64,000 nucleotides of DNA from a bacterium. Lineage in GTDB: Bacteria; Patescibacteriota; Minisyncoccia; UBA6257; JAUSGH01. A model generated the notes under the pieces. The model searched no databases. It worked only from the letters and a program-made list of their open reading frames with translations, and was not told the origin of the DNA. The position numbers and the translations under genes were made by a program. The stretch is from NCBI GenBank assembly GCA_030649055.1, contig JAUSGH010000002.1, forward strand, positions 5,357 to 69,356, given 5' to 3'. Of this stretch, positions 19,219 to 29,600 are shown one piece after another. Position 1 is the first letter of the stretch; the number at the start of each line of letters is the position of its first letter.

Positions 19219-21324
19219 TTATTTTTTATCTTTCGTTTTTCGCCTCAACAAGTGTATTTCATCCCTCAATATCGCCGCGAGTTCAAAGTCCAATCGTTTT
19301 GACGCGTCCTTCATCTGTCTCATTTTTTCGGCAATGATGCGGTCAAGCGACCCTTGTTTCATTTTTGTCGCCGCGCCGAGCGCCGAAAATTCCGTTTTCA
19401 ATACTTCGGCGACTTCCTTCTCCCGTTTGACGTCAAACGCCGCGACAATGTCGTGGATTGCTTTGATGATGGTCTTCGGCGTGATGCCATGCGCCTTATT
19501 CCACGCAAGCTGGATATTCCGCCGGCGGTTGGTTTCAGAAATCGCGCGCGTGAGCGACCCGGTCATCACGTCGGCATACAGTACCACCTGGCCGTTCACG
19601 TTGCGCGCCGCGCGGCCGATGGTTTGGATGAGCGAAGTTTCACTCCGCAAAAATCCCTCTTTGTCGGCGTCAAGAATGGCAACGAGCGACACCTCCGGCA
19701 AGTCCAATCCTTCGCGCAACAGGTTCACGCCCACAAGCACGTCATAGTTGCCGCGGCGAAAATCTGAAAGAATCGTGATGCGGTCAATGGTCAGCACGTC
19801 GCTGTGCACATAATTCACCTTGATTTTCAACTCCTGCAAATACGCCGTGAGATCTTCCGCCATTTTTTTGGTGAGCGTGGTCACGAGCGTGCGTTCCTTC
19901 TTCTTCACGCGATCTTTGATGCGGGAAATTAAATCATCTATCTGACTAAGCGGTTGTCCCTCGACATGCTCGGGAACTATTTTATTTTTATTGCCTGAGC
20001 TTGTCGAAGGCCTACCGCCACCACTGACCGGGCGCACAATAATTTCCGGGTCTACCAGTCCCGTCGGCCGAATAATTTGTTCCACGATCTGCCCGCTCGC
20101 CAAGCTGCGTTCCAGTTCATAACCGCTTGGCGTTGCCGAGGTATAGATCGCCTGCGGCATACGCGCCTCAAACTCGGTGAACTTGAGCGGCCGGTTGTCC
20201 GCCGCACTAGGCAGACGAAAACCGAACTCAATAAGCGTTTTCTTTCGCGCCGCATCGCCCTCCGACATTCCGCGAATCTGCGGCACCGTCACGTGGCTTT
20301 CATCAATCACCATCAGGTAATCCGGCGCGCCGTCTTCGGTAACGGGAAAATACGAAAGCAGCGTATCCGGCGGCTCGCCTGCCGCGCGACCCGAAAGATG
20401 CCGAGAATAATTCTCAATGCCGTGGCAGTAGCCGATTTCTTTCATCATCGCCACGTCATAGCGCGTGCGGCGTTCCAACCGCTCCGCCTCCAGCAATTTT
20501 CCGTTTTGCTCAAAATAATGCAACCGCTCGCGGAGCTCCGCTTTAATCACCTTCATCGCGCGCGTTTTTTCCGGTCCCAGCGTGACGAAATGTTTTGCCG
20601 GAAATACATAAACCTCCGGCACTTCCTCGCGGCTACCGAATCCCTTCACAGGATCCACCGCAAAAATATGCGAGATTACGCCATCGTGAATATCAAACCG
20701 ATACAACAGATCCTGATCCGGCGCCATCATTTCCCACTGGTCGCCGCGCACGCGGAATGTGCCACGCGTGAGGTCCGCATTCGTGCGCGAAAACTGCATC
20801 GCGACCAACTTTTTCATAAGCTCCGCGCGCGTCACCGCATCACCCACTTTGAAATGCAGCATCTGTGATTCATACGCCTCCGGCGCGCCCAAGCCGTAAA
20901 TACACGACACCGACGCCACCACAATCACATCGCGTCGCGTGAGTAACGCCGCGGTTGCCGCGTGGCGCAGTTTATCAATCTCGTCGTTAATCATCGCTTC
21001 TTTATCAATGTAGGTGTCCGTCACCGGCAAATACGCCTCCGGCTGGTAGTAGTCATAATAGGACACGAAATAGTGCACAGAATTTTTCGGAAAAAACTCG
21101 CGATACTCGTTGCACAGCTGGGCGGCAAGGGTTTTATTCGGCGCAATGACGAGCGTCGGTTTTTGTACCGCCTGGATGACATTCGCGACGGTAAATGTTT
21201 TGCCGGAACCCGTGACGCCGAGAAGTGTCTGGTGCTTCATACCTTTCTTCAAACCAGAAACAAGCCACTCGATGGCTTTCGGCTGGTCCCCCGCGGGCAT
21301 AAAATTGGATTGCAACTTGAACAT
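19219..21324 (-). CDS. uvrB: Excinuclease ABC subunit B, with an in-frame repeat insertion
   Basis: [51 protein letters not shown]-terminal UVR domain. Confidence 0.97.
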   Translation of the reverse strand: MFKLQSNFMPAGDQPKAIEWLVSGLKKGMKHQTLLGVTGSGKTFTVANVIQAVQKPTLVIAPNKTLAAQLCNEYREFFPKNSVHYFVSYYDYYQPEAYLPVTDTYIDKEAMINDEIDKLRHAATAALLTRRDVIVVASVSCIYGLGAPEAYESQMLHFKVGDAVTRAELMKKLVAMQFSRTNADLTRGTFRVRGDQWEMMAPDQDLLYRFDIHDGVISHIFAVDPVKGFGSREEVPEVYVFPAKHFVTLGPEKTRAMKVIKAELRERLHYFEQNGKLLEAERLERRTRYDVAMMKEIGYCHGIENYSRHLSGRAAGEPPDTLLSYFPVTEDGAPDYLMVIDESHVTVPQIRGMSEGDAARKKTLIEFGFRLPSAADNRPLKFTEFEARMPQAIYTSATPSGYELERSLASGQIVEQIIRPTGLVDPEIIVRPVSGGGRPSTSSGNKNKIVPEHVEGQPLSQIDDLISRIKDRVKKKERTLVTTLTKKMAEDLTAYLQELKIKVNYVHSDVLTIDRITILSDFRRGNYDVLVGVNLLREGLDLPEVSLVAILDADKEGFLRSETSLIQTIGRAARNVNGQVVLYADVMTGSLTRAISETNRRRNIQLAWNKAHGITPKTIIKAIHDIVAAFDVKREKEVAEVLKTEFSALGAATKMKQGSLDRIIAEKMRQMKDASKRLDFELAAILRDEIHLLRRKTKDKK
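19958..20010. repeat. REP-like doublet inside uvrB (encodes [18 protein letters not shown])
   Basis: ccctcgacatgctcggg...cctgagcttgtcgaagg. Confidence 0.85.
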
Positions 21325-21506
21325 TATGTTGTTTTTATGCTTTCTTGCTTCGTTGCTTTCTTGTCCGAAATACCCAAACGCCCCCGCGTCTCACGACATA
21401 GGGGGTGGTAGCGCGAACTTCGCGCTCGGACATATTCAATTACATACATTCTGACACAAAAAGATGCCAAACGTCAAACCATTGACAAAACATGAGGAGG
21501 TCTTCG

Positions 21507-21629
21507 ATGAACGGAGACGAATCGAGGGAAATGACGCAAAGGGAGAGGAACCACGCGGAGATCCAGAGAGTGATCACCGCGGCCGGACTCGTGCCGATGA
21601 ACTACACCGCCGTTCTCCTTCCTCACTAG
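21507..21629 (+). CDS. Small 40-aa ORF MNGDESREMTQRERNHAEIQRVITAAGLVPMNYTAVLLPH
   Basis: Strong SD GAGGAGG 6 nt upstream; terminator-like hairpin tcggccac...gtggccga plus T-run at ~21652-21693. Confidence 0.45.
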   Translation: MNGDESREMTQRERNHAEIQRVITAAGLVPMNYTAVLLPH

Positions 21630-21705
21630 CCCTAGCGCCTCTCGCAATACTTCGGCCACTTATCCTTCGGGACGGGTGGCCGATTCTATTTTTACACGTC
21701 GTCAC

Positions 21706-21823
21706 TGTCATTCTCACGGAAGCGAGAATCCAGAGTTTTGCATTTCTAGATTCCGGATCAAGTCCGGAATGACAAAATACAATGTAAGATTGCTTCGTCG
21801 CCTCAGGCGACTCGCAATGACAG
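21706..21823. repeat. GTCATTC...GGAATGAC and AGATTGCTTCG...CGCAATGAC palindromic repeats
   Basis: tgtcattctcacggaagcgagaatccag...ctagattccggatcaagtccggaatgaca, then agattgcttcgtcgcctcaggcgactcgcaatgac. Confidence 0.7.
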
Positions 21824-21856
21824 TCGCCACCTTTCTTACTTCTTACTTCCTACGTC

Positions 21857-22363
21857 CTACTTCTCCCCTAATATTGACAGATATCCTTTCGTTGTTGAGT
21901 TTTTCCAATCAAGCCCCAGCGTCTTCGCGAGCGCGTCTATTTTTTTCTTTGATGCTTCAATTTCTACAAATCGTAGCTTTCCGACAAAATCAAGCTCAAT
22001 GTGCGCGCCGGAAACTTTCCAATGCTCGCGCTGTTTTTTGTATTTAAACCACTGCGCAAATCCCAATAGTTTTAACATACGCGCAGTTTCGGAAACATCA
22101 GAAACGGTAATTTCGTACTCCTGCATCACCTTATATTTTCCGTGATTGCGCTCCGGAGTAATTTTAATTGTCAAAGCAGCGGGGCCGTTTTCCCGCTCAC
22201 GCAACCGTAGGGTTGCTTTCTGCTTCCGCAATGTTTTGTCGGGCGTATCAAAAAAATAATTCCGCTCCTCCCCTTTCCACTCGCATACCCCGCCTAATTT
22301 TTTTATGTTCGCGCGGACAGCGTTAAAACTTTTGACGCGGAATTTTACTTCGGTTTCGTTCAT
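21857..22363 (-). CDS. CYTH-domain protein (class IV adenylate cyclase-like)
   Basis: ETEVKF (ExExK), YFFD, LRLR, K.REHW, IELD, FVEIE motifs. Confidence 0.85.
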   Translation of the reverse strand: MNETEVKFRVKSFNAVRANIKKLGGVCEWKGEERNYFFDTPDKTLRKQKATLRLRERENGPAALTIKITPERNHGKYKVMQEYEITVSDVSETARMLKLLGFAQWFKYKKQREHWKVSGAHIELDFVGKLRFVEIEASKKKIDALAKTLGLDWKNSTTKGYLSILGEK

Positions 22364-22490
22364 AAATTGTTGACGTTTTTACAGCTTAAGCTATGAACAT
22401 GTAAACAGTTAATGCACAAAAATTTGGCTCGGTAATAATGCAGATGCGAAAATATTTAATACGGTACCTATAGTTTCAGTATATATGAGT

Positions 22491-22524
22491 ATCCCCGCGG
22501 TCGCCTTAGGCGACCGCGGGGATC
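22491..22524 (-). terminator. Perfect hairpin after the M16 peptidase gene
   Basis: atccccgcggtcgcc-tta-ggcgaccgcggggat; the T-tail is weak. Confidence 0.5.
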
Positions 22525-22565
22525 ATATGCTCTTACTTCTTATTTCTTACGTCTTACTTCTCACT

Positions 22566-23831
22566 CTACGGCACGATGGATACCATGAGTGACCGGTCGG
22601 GAGCGAAGAGTTCTTCAACGCCCGCTACCGCGTCAGCCCATGTCGTTGTTTCGATGACCTTCACTAGTTCTTCTTGCGTCTGTACGCACCCGAAAATCGA
22701 GAGGTCGATGAGCGTCGCAAGCACAAGCCCGGAGAGCTGAACCTGCTTCAACCTCATCCCCAGAAGCAACTCGTCACGCTCCACCTCAAACCACTTGCGC
22801 CCCCGCCGCTTCACGAGCTCGGGAATCTGCTTGAATGCCTCCGCGCATGCCACGAAGTGGTCGGGAGCGGCATCGACGCCGAGCCGGCAGAATCGCAAGT
22901 CGCGGAACGTCTCGATGGTCGGCCGTACGGCGTAGACAATGCCGAGTTTCTCCCGAAGCGTCGCGAAGCACGCGGATGCCGCAACGTTCACGCATAACAT
23001 CGCGCGCTGTTCATGCATGAGCGTGAGCGGTGTCGCGCGCATGCGCAAGACAGAACACTCGCCGGCAGGCTCATCGTCGTTTGAAGGCAGGCCAAGCACG
23101 TCACTCGGACGAACGACATACTGGCCGCACCGGATGGGACTTGCCGCCATCGGAGCAACTATCGTACGCTTCGCGTCTCCGTCGTGCGGAAGCTTTGGGA
23201 ACGCTTCTGCTGCTGCCCGCATCACCTCGGAAAACGTGGTGCTTCCCGCGACAACGAGCGCCATGTTCGGCAACGTGTGATAACGGACGAAGTGATCCTT
23301 GATGGCGCCTGCCGTCCACCGATTGATACCTTCCGATGTTTCAACGCGAAGAACAGGGTGTCCTTCGGGAAACGCCGCGCGCAAGATGGCGCGATGCACC
23401 GGCGTTGTCCGCGGCCCCACTTCGGCAAGTTCACGCTGGTGGATTTCCTGAAGATGAGTGATGGAAAGATGCTTCGGAAACACTCGCGCGTATACCGCGA
23501 GGAATCGCAGCATCTCCCGAAGCCGAAGCGAAACGCCGCGTACCATCCACCACGTACTTTCCGCGCCGGTACTTCCCAAATCTTCCGGAAGAAATCCGCG
23601 CTCGATTGCGTATCGCCGCGCCTTCGACACATCGCCGGAATCGCTACCCGCAATACCCATCGCATGTTCTACCGCGTGCGAAAGACCCGGCATCTCGGGA
23701 GGATCCTGCCGAACCCCGGCGAACATCACGAGACCGGCCGAAACCTGCGGAGGGTCAATGCGCATTGACTTCACAAACACGCGAAGACCATGCTTCGTGA
23801 CACCGCACCGAAACGCAAAGATATCTCTCAT
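22566..23831 (-). CDS. Divergent M16 (insulinase-like) peptidase (orphan cassette)
   Basis: GVRQDP..PGLSHAVEH (HxxEH), Y...NMALVVAG, F..LREKLGIVY; SD GGAG. Confidence 0.75.
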   Translation of the reverse strand: MRDIFAFRCGVTKHGLRVFVKSMRIDPPQVSAGLVMFAGVRQDPPEMPGLSHAVEHAMGIAGSDSGDVSKARRYAIERGFLPEDLGSTGAESTWWMVRGVSLRLREMLRFLAVYARVFPKHLSITHLQEIHQRELAEVGPRTTPVHRAILRAAFPEGHPVLRVETSEGINRWTAGAIKDHFVRYHTLPNMALVVAGSTTFSEVMRAAAEAFPKLPHDGDAKRTIVAPMAASPIRCGQYVVRPSDVLGLPSNDDEPAGECSVLRMRATPLTLMHEQRAMLCVNVAASACFATLREKLGIVYAVRPTIETFRDLRFCRLGVDAAPDHFVACAEAFKQIPELVKRRGRKWFEVERDELLLGMRLKQVQLSGLVLATLIDLSIFGCVQTQEELVKVIETTTWADAVAGVEELFAPDRSLMVSIVP

Positions 23832-23928
23832 GACTCACGCTCCAAATCGGGACGGACATTTACCTGACACTCCTTCCACCATACCATTTCAATAGACAAA
23901 AAAGAATAATAACGCTAGAATGTAAGCG

Positions 23929-24681
23929 ATGAAAAACATTGATATACAAATTCAGCAGCTCCAACGCGACAAGTATCATTCCCGCTGGTCGCCGAAAATA
24001 TTAGCCGACATCGCGCGCCTCAAGGCGGGCGAGCCGCTGGATTATGTCATCGGCTGGGCGCCATTTTTGAGGTGCCGCATTGACCTTTCAGCGCATCCGT
24101 TAATCCCCCGCCCGGAAACCGAATTTTGGACAGAAGCGTTCATTTCGGACGCCGGTCATCGGACTCCAAACAAATCACTTCGCGTTTTAGATATTTTTTC
24201 CGGTTCCGGATGCATTGGCATCGCAATCTTAAAACATCTCCCAAAATCTCACGTTGATTTCGCGGACATTGACCCGCTCGTTCTACGTGGAATTAAAATC
24301 TCCGCTCGCAAAAATAGAATCCCGCCGTCACGCTACCACCTCATCCCCTCCGACATACTGAAAAACACCCGCGGCGTCTACAACGCCATCGTCGCCAACC
24401 CACCATACATCGGAACAAAAAAATACGTCCAACCGTCGGTATTAAAATACGAGCCGCGCAAGGCGCTCTTCGGTGGCAAGGACGGACTGCGCTTCATCAA
24501 GGCGCTCATCAAAACCGCGCCACAGCACCTTTCGCTAGACGGTGTACTTTGGATGGAATATGACCCGTCGCAAAAAAAAGCGATTGAAAAACTTTTTGCC
24601 GCGCAACAGTATCGCAACGTTCAATTTCATAAAGACCAATACAGCCGCTGGCGCTATGTTATGGCGCAAAGGCCAGCATAA
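23929..24681 (+). CDS. prmC: Release factor glutamine methyltransferase (HemK/PrmC)
   Basis: GEPLDYVIG, LIPRPETE, LDIFSGSGCIG, ANPPY, EP..AL.GG.DGL. Confidence 0.9.
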   Translation: MKNIDIQIQQLQRDKYHSRWSPKILADIARLKAGEPLDYVIGWAPFLRCRIDLSAHPLIPRPETEFWTEAFISDAGHRTPNKSLRVLDIFSGSGCIGIAILKHLPKSHVDFADIDPLVLRGIKISARKNRIPPSRYHLIPSDILKNTRGVYNAIVANPPYIGTKKYVQPSVLKYEPRKALFGGKDGLRFIKALIKTAPQHLSLDGVLWMEYDPSQKKAIEKLFAAQQYRNVQFHKDQYSRWRYVMAQRPA

Positions 24682-24730
24682 AAAACGAGTATCGGTCCGA
24701 CGGCTTTAAGCTGTCGGACCGATTAATTCC

Positions 24731-25057
24731 CTACTTCCTGCGCCACCCGCGCCGGTAGACGTTCCGCACCGCGAAGTATCGTGGCGGCGGAGCGTAGAGA
24801 TGGTCACGCACTGTCCTGTTCCACCGATCGGCATCCGCCACCGCCGCTTCCACCGGAAGCGGCACCGGCCATAACGTAACGAGGCAGTTGCGCCGTTCAT
24901 GGTCAAAGAGCGCCAGAACGCCGATGCCCATCGCGGTACGCTGAACTTCCGCTTGGTACCGCTCCGAGTACTCGCCGCGCCACAAAACCGTGTCTGGCCA
25001 CGTGGTCGCGTCCCACTGACCCCACTCCGTATGCGGCCGAACTCCGTCGTTCTCCAT
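24731..25057 (-). CDS. Hypothetical protein
   Basis: SD AAGGAGG upstream of ATG 25057; second gene of a two-gene cassette; hairpin at ~24695-24720. Confidence 0.55.
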   Translation of the reverse strand: MENDGVRPHTEWGQWDATTWPDTVLWRGEYSERYQAEVQRTAMGIGVLALFDHERRNCLVTLWPVPLPVEAAVADADRWNRTVRDHLYAPPPRYFAVRNVYRRGWRRK

Positions 25058-25067
25058 CGGGTCCTCC

Positions 25068-25409
25068 TTACAGCGACTGCGTGCCAAAACGCTCAAACAT
25101 CCGCTTCAACTTTTCGCAGACCTCGTTGAAGATCCGCTCCACATCCTTCCGCTTCAGGTGTTCCTGCTTACCGATCTCCCGAAACGAAAGCTCCTTGATG
25201 CTGTGCGCGACGAGCAGCCACCGGTCGCGCGGCGAAAGCGCCATAGCAAGCTTCCAAACATGTTGCGCGAGGTCATCCCGGTCAACTTCCTCGATCCCGT
25301 CGGCGCCGCACCTATCCGCGATTTGACGCGCCATTTTCATGACCTCAGCCTCCCCCAAGGAGTCCGCAAGGGGCTTCTTTTTCCTCGTTTTATACGTTTT
25401 TCGAGCCAC
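25068..25409 (-). CDS. Sigma70 region-4-like HTH protein (no region 2)
   Basis: AMALSPRDRWLL......LSFREIG...L....V.......EKLKR; GTG start with SD GAGGTG. Confidence 0.6.
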   Translation of the reverse strand: MARKTYKTRKKKPLADSLGEAEVMKMARQIADRCGADGIEEVDRDDLAQHVWKLAMALSPRDRWLLVAHSIKELSFREIGKQEHLKRKDVERIFNEVCEKLKRMFERFGTQSL

Positions 25410-25519
25410 GAAACACCTCTTTTCTCTATGGTAGAAACTGTTTCTAATTTATCACAAAACGAACAAAAAACACAAACAGCCCGCCTTGGGCGGACTGTTT
25501 GTCGTTCTTCACGCTGCGA

Positions 25520-25696
25520 CTACGCGCGCGGCGGAGCTGATTCCTTGCGCGCGCGATGACAATCGCGGCAAAGCAAATCCTTCAAACGATCTTCCTGTGG
25601 CTGAAACGGAAGTTCGGTGATCGCACCCTTACATTTTCCACACGCCCAGTTACCCTGAAACTTCGGGCGAGGAGCCATCGGTTGGTTAGCATCCAT
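25520..25696 (-). CDS. CxxC-x17-CxxC-like small zinc-binding protein (58 aa)
   Basis: Manual translation MDANQPMAPRPKFQGNWACGKCKGAITELPFQPQEDRLKDLLCRDCHRARKESAPPRA; terminator at ~25475-25500. Below the ORF-track cutoff. Confidence 0.8.
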   Translation of the reverse strand: MDANQPMAPRPKFQGNWACGKCKGAITELPFQPQEDRLKDLLCRDCHRARKESAPPRA

Positions 25697-25798
25697 AAAG
25701 TATATTTGGTTGTTTGTTATTATTGACCTTTCACCGCGCCGAACGTGCGGTTTGTGGAATAATTGTATGCTATAAAACTAACCCGCGCAAACTGTTGC

Positions 25799-26272
25799 CT
25801 ACCCCCACCATTGATGCAAGCCTGGAAATTTACGGCAAATCGGCAAACGCTCGCACCATTCTTCAAGGCCCCACACACGCCCCGCGCGCGTCGCCGCAAG
25901 ATACAGCAACGCGGCGATATAAATGATGTGCTGATCAACAATAAACGCATTTGGGTTTGGATACGGAAAACCGAGTGGCAGATAATAGAGCAGCATGAGC
26001 AACGCGCCGAGCAACGAAGAAAACCGCACGCCGATGCCGAGTATCAGCGACACGCCCAGCAACGTAAGCCCCCATTCGTTGACAAAGTTAATGACGGGCA
26101 ATACGCCGGGCGACGCAAGCCACGCGAAAAGCCCAGTAAACGATTTCGCGTTTGTCAGGTATCCCGCCGCCGACCATTCCGCGTTAAGCACTTTTGTGAT
26201 ACCGGCGTAAAAGAACATCCATCCGAGCGTGAACCGTAAAAAGAATATTGATAATTTTTGAGCAGTCGTCAT
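25799..26272 (-). CDS. DoxX family membrane protein
   Basis: LRFTLGWMFFYAGITK...WSAAGYL...G.SLILGIG.R. Confidence 0.85.
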   Translation of the reverse strand: MTTAQKLSIFFLRFTLGWMFFYAGITKVLNAEWSAAGYLTNAKSFTGLFAWLASPGVLPVINFVNEWGLTLLGVSLILGIGVRFSSLLGALLMLLYYLPLGFPYPNPNAFIVDQHIIYIAALLYLAATRAGRVWGLEEWCERLPICRKFPGLHQWWG

Positions 26273-26322
26273 AGCGAATATGAAATATAAAACGCTGACC
26301 TTTTCCGATATTATAGCACAAG

Positions 26323-27015
26323 CTAGATATTTTTATACATCACATCTTTTCGCTCCACCACCACCGTCCATCCCGCGCGCTTCGCGTGAGCATATAATAG
26401 CGCGTTGGGATTAAAGCAGATCGGTTTTGAAACAAGTGATAAGAAACTGATATCGCCCTCCGTGTCGCCGACGCCAACAGAACCCCGGAGCGTCAGTCCT
26501 TCACTTGCTACCGCGCGCCGGACAATGTTCGCTTTGTCGGAGATAACATCAAGATGAAGAATATTTCCGGTAAAACGCTTGTGCTTATCAACCTCATACA
26601 TGCGGCCGTACACCTTATCAAAACCCAGCGTCTCACAAAACGGTTCAGCGAGTAATTTCGGCGATTGCGTAATCGCTAAAAGATAATACCCGCGACGCTT
26701 CAAGTCGTGGACCAAATCGCGCGTGTACCGGTACACACGATTTTTATGAAACGCCACAACTTTTTTCCCGACACGCAAAAAATCAACATATCGTACGCCC
26801 TTGATATGCTTCAAAAACGCGCGAACAACCGCGAGAATATATTCCTCATACGTCCCCCGTCGCTCAAGCCACTCCGTAAACGCGCGCGCGTATACGCGCC
26901 GCGCCCGAATAGGGAAAACGCCCTCTTGAATAAACGCGTCGGTGAGTTCAATCAGCAAACTGGACCGAAAAATCGTTCCGTCAATATCAAAAATCGCAAC
27001 TTTTCTTTTTTGCAT
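26323..27015 (-). CDS. HAD-IB family hydrolase (SerB-like)
   Basis: FDIDGT, K, GDTEGD motifs. Confidence 0.85.
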   Translation of the reverse strand: MQKRKVAIFDIDGTIFRSSLLIELTDAFIQEGVFPIRARRVYARAFTEWLERRGTYEEYILAVVRAFLKHIKGVRYVDFLRVGKKVVAFHKNRVYRYTRDLVHDLKRRGYYLLAITQSPKLLAEPFCETLGFDKVYGRMYEVDKHKRFTGNILHLDVISDKANIVRRAVASEGLTLRGSVGVGDTEGDISFLSLVSKPICFNPNALLYAHAKRAGWTVVVERKDVMYKNI

Positions 27016-27086
27016 ATCTTTTATTGTATGCCTTGCCATTTAAAAATGAAACGGGGGGGGCTCCTAGGACCCCCCCCTCGCTCCGG

Positions 27087-27431
27087 CTACTTCGCGCCCG
27101 ACTCCATATGCTTCCCTACACAACCTTTGACCTCGCCATCAGTCGCGAGGACCTGCCCGCAGAGACGGCAGATCGGCTGTACCGGCCGAAGGCCGAGCGC
27201 CATGGCAATCTGCGCCTCCCAGACACCGTAGGAGTACACGTGACCCGTGTGCGGCTTAGGATCGCCAAGCAACTCGTCCAGGAAGTCCAGCTCGTCGGTC
27301 GCGAGTGAGCGATACTGCGGACCGTGAACCCAGATCATCGGCGTCCCGGTGCAGTTGCCCTCAAACACCACAAGATACTGCATCCCTTTTTCCAGCAACC
27401 GTTGCCGAACCATGTCAAGAACCGAACTCAT
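27087..27431 (-). CDS. Hypothetical protein with CxxC...CxxxH (orphan cassette)
   Basis: Extended SD GGGGGTGATC; terminator hairpin at ~27053-27077. Confidence 0.6.
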   Translation of the reverse strand: MSSVLDMVRQRLLEKGMQYLVVFEGNCTGTPMIWVHGPQYRSLATDELDFLDELLGDPKPHTGHVYSYGVWEAQIAMALGLRPVQPICRLCGQVLATDGEVKGCVGKHMESGAK

Positions 27432-27523
27432 GGATCACCCCCTCTCATACCGTTGAAATCCTGATTTGTGAACTGACTACAATGTACTACAGATAAATAT
27501 AAAAACAAGGGTATACTATAAAC

Positions 27524-28708
27524 ATGCGCCACTGGCACACCATCACACTCGTATTCATTCTCGCGTCCGTCGGGTTATTACTGGCGAATGCCGGTCCGAT
27601 TACTCCGATGCGCGTTCTTGGAATAAGCGCGGCGCTTGCGCTCCTCGGCCTCGTCTTCATCATCGCCAGGGGACTCATTGGCGACATATGGGCGCTACTC
27701 CCCGTCGTGATGCTCGGGTTCGCTCCGCCGTTTCTTGCATACGGCTCCGATGGGCTCCCTGGGATCTCGGCCGCGCTTGCGCTACTCACTGCGATATGGA
27801 CGTTCGCGTATTTTGTTCAGCATCCGTCGCGTTCCGGGCTCATCATCGCGGGATTTGCGTTCGGCGGGGCGCTCCTTGTTCACCCGATGGGATTTATGAC
27901 CGGCGCCATAAACGTAACACTTGCGTTTGCCGCGCTCATGACAAGCATTGCCGTTGATTGGAAAGATGTCGCTCCCGAAATGCGCCGCCACCGCTTTATC
28001 ATCCGCGCCATGCGTTACGCGCGCGGGACATCCGTGGTGCTAGGCATTGGCATCGCGCTCGCCTATCTTTTTTACGCGGCCGCGCCGGCAATGCCCACCG
28101 CGGAAGATACGCCACTCATCATTGCGTGGATTGGAGAAAACGCCGCGCTCCGCCCCTTCGGCGCATACCTCTTACACATCGTTCAATATATCCAAACGCT
28201 ACCGGCATTGAACGCGCACATAGGAACGGCGTTTGCGCTGACGCTTCCTCTGCCACTCTTAGGGCTTTTCGTCATTGCATTATGGTCGGGGATCAGCGGC
28301 ATGCTACGCGCGGCGTTTGAGGATATTATCGCGAAGGAACCCATGCTCATCAACCACATCGCGACAAATCCTGTCGGATTCGCGTTGCAACTGAGTACCG
28401 CGACGTATCTCGCAGTCGGCCTCGCCGATCCGAACAGCCGGGGCGCACTCATGCTCATACTCCCCCCGCTGACAATCCTCGCGGCAGGCGCGATCAAGCG
28501 GTGGTTTATTATTATTGACGAGGAATTGTTGCGCAACTCGTTACTGCGCGTACTCGTGCTTGCGCAAAACATCGGGAGCATTTCAATCAAGGCGCTCGTG
28601 CTTGCTATGCTTCTCCTCACCGCGATTATTACCGCCCTCATAAGCGCCCCGAACTTTTCCGCGTACACGAACGTTATCGGCAGAGTAATCACGAATATCG
28701 CAAATTAG
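27524..28708 (+). CDS. Polytopic membrane protein (possibly a degenerate GT-C/ArnT-like glycosyltransferase)
   Basis: About 10 hydrophobic segments; F.PPFLAYG and weak PMT-like stretches. Confidence 0.5.
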   Translation: MRHWHTITLVFILASVGLLLANAGPITPMRVLGISAALALLGLVFIIARGLIGDIWALLPVVMLGFAPPFLAYGSDGLPGISAALALLTAIWTFAYFVQHPSRSGLIIAGFAFGGALLVHPMGFMTGAINVTLAFAALMTSIAVDWKDVAPEMRRHRFIIRAMRYARGTSVVLGIGIALAYLFYAAAPAMPTAEDTPLIIAWIGENAALRPFGAYLLHIVQYIQTLPALNAHIGTAFALTLPLPLLGLFVIALWSGISGMLRAAFEDIIAKEPMLINHIATNPVGFALQLSTATYLAVGLADPNSRGALMLILPPLTILAAGAIKRWFIIIDEELLRNSLLRVLVLAQNIGSISIKALVLAMLLLTAIITALISAPNFSAYTNVIGRVITNIAN

Positions 28709-28779
28709 GCTCGGTAATAATGCGAATAGGCTACTCGTCATTATTCGCATTATTTATCCCCCATTCGCATTATTCGCGA

Positions 28780-29544
28780 TTACTTCATCTTGTAGTACGC
28801 CTTCTGCTCAACCCGGAAATCAACAACGTTGATGTTCCGGAAGTCCTTCCGTCCCGAGAGAACGCTTAACGCCGTTGCCGCAAACGCCGAATCAAACCGC
28901 AGACTGAAGGCGAGCGTCGGAGCATTTCGCGCGGTCACCGTGACTTCCAGCAGGTTCCGGTCAAAAACAATATGCTCCACCATAAGGCCGGCGCCCTGCA
29001 CAATTTCAATGACGCGCTGCAAACGCATAAATTGATTGCCCGGAAGCACGGCAGCGCCGAGCGGTGGCAAAGCACCATCTTCGCTGATTGAGGTAATCAA
29101 CTGCCCATCAGCGAACGGCGCGTACTGAAACGCGATTCCCATTGGATCAACCCACGCGCACGCGTTTTCCGCCCCGCACCACACGAGTGCCCGCTCGCGG
29201 TCGGTGACGCTGACACGCAATACGCGTCGCGCAAAATCCCGCGACACTTCTACGCGCGAGAGCACAAGCTCAGGAAGCGCGATGCTTGAACTCCCCCACA
29301 CAAAAAAGTGGTCAAATCCCAAAAATCTGCCGAAAACATTTTTCAGCGGGTATGCCCGGAGATCAGCCAAAAGATCGGCGCGCGACACATGACTTTCGCC
29401 GGAAATTTCGATAGAGCGATAATAAAAAAATGGAAATTTCAGCACAACCGCCGCAAGCCCGATGAACATAAGGCCGAGAAGCGAAAACCACACCAAAAAT
29501 CCGATATGCTCCTGTGGTCGACCGCGAACGCCCGCACTTGTCAT
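28780..29544 (-). CDS. ftsQ: Cell division protein FtsQ/DivIB-like
   Basis: Single TM segment, POTRA-like IEISG, C-terminal DFR motif. Confidence 0.65.
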   Translation of the reverse strand: MTSAGVRGRPQEHIGFLVWFSLLGLMFIGLAAVVLKFPFFYYRSIEISGESHVSRADLLADLRAYPLKNVFGRFLGFDHFFVWGSSSIALPELVLSRVEVSRDFARRVLRVSVTDRERALVWCGAENACAWVDPMGIAFQYAPFADGQLITSISEDGALPPLGAAVLPGNQFMRLQRVIEIVQGAGLMVEHIVFDRNLLEVTVTARNAPTLAFSLRFDSAFAATALSVLSGRKDFRNINVVDFRVEQKAYYKMK

Positions 29545-29600
29545 AGTATGTACAAACTCACCCCATTCGCATTATTTGCCGCCATTCGCATTATTCGCGA

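Noticed and set aside
13926-20010. The uvr insertions as inteins or introns
   Set aside because: They are only 37-56 nt, lack C/S...HN intein ends and intron cores, and match the intergenic palindromes.
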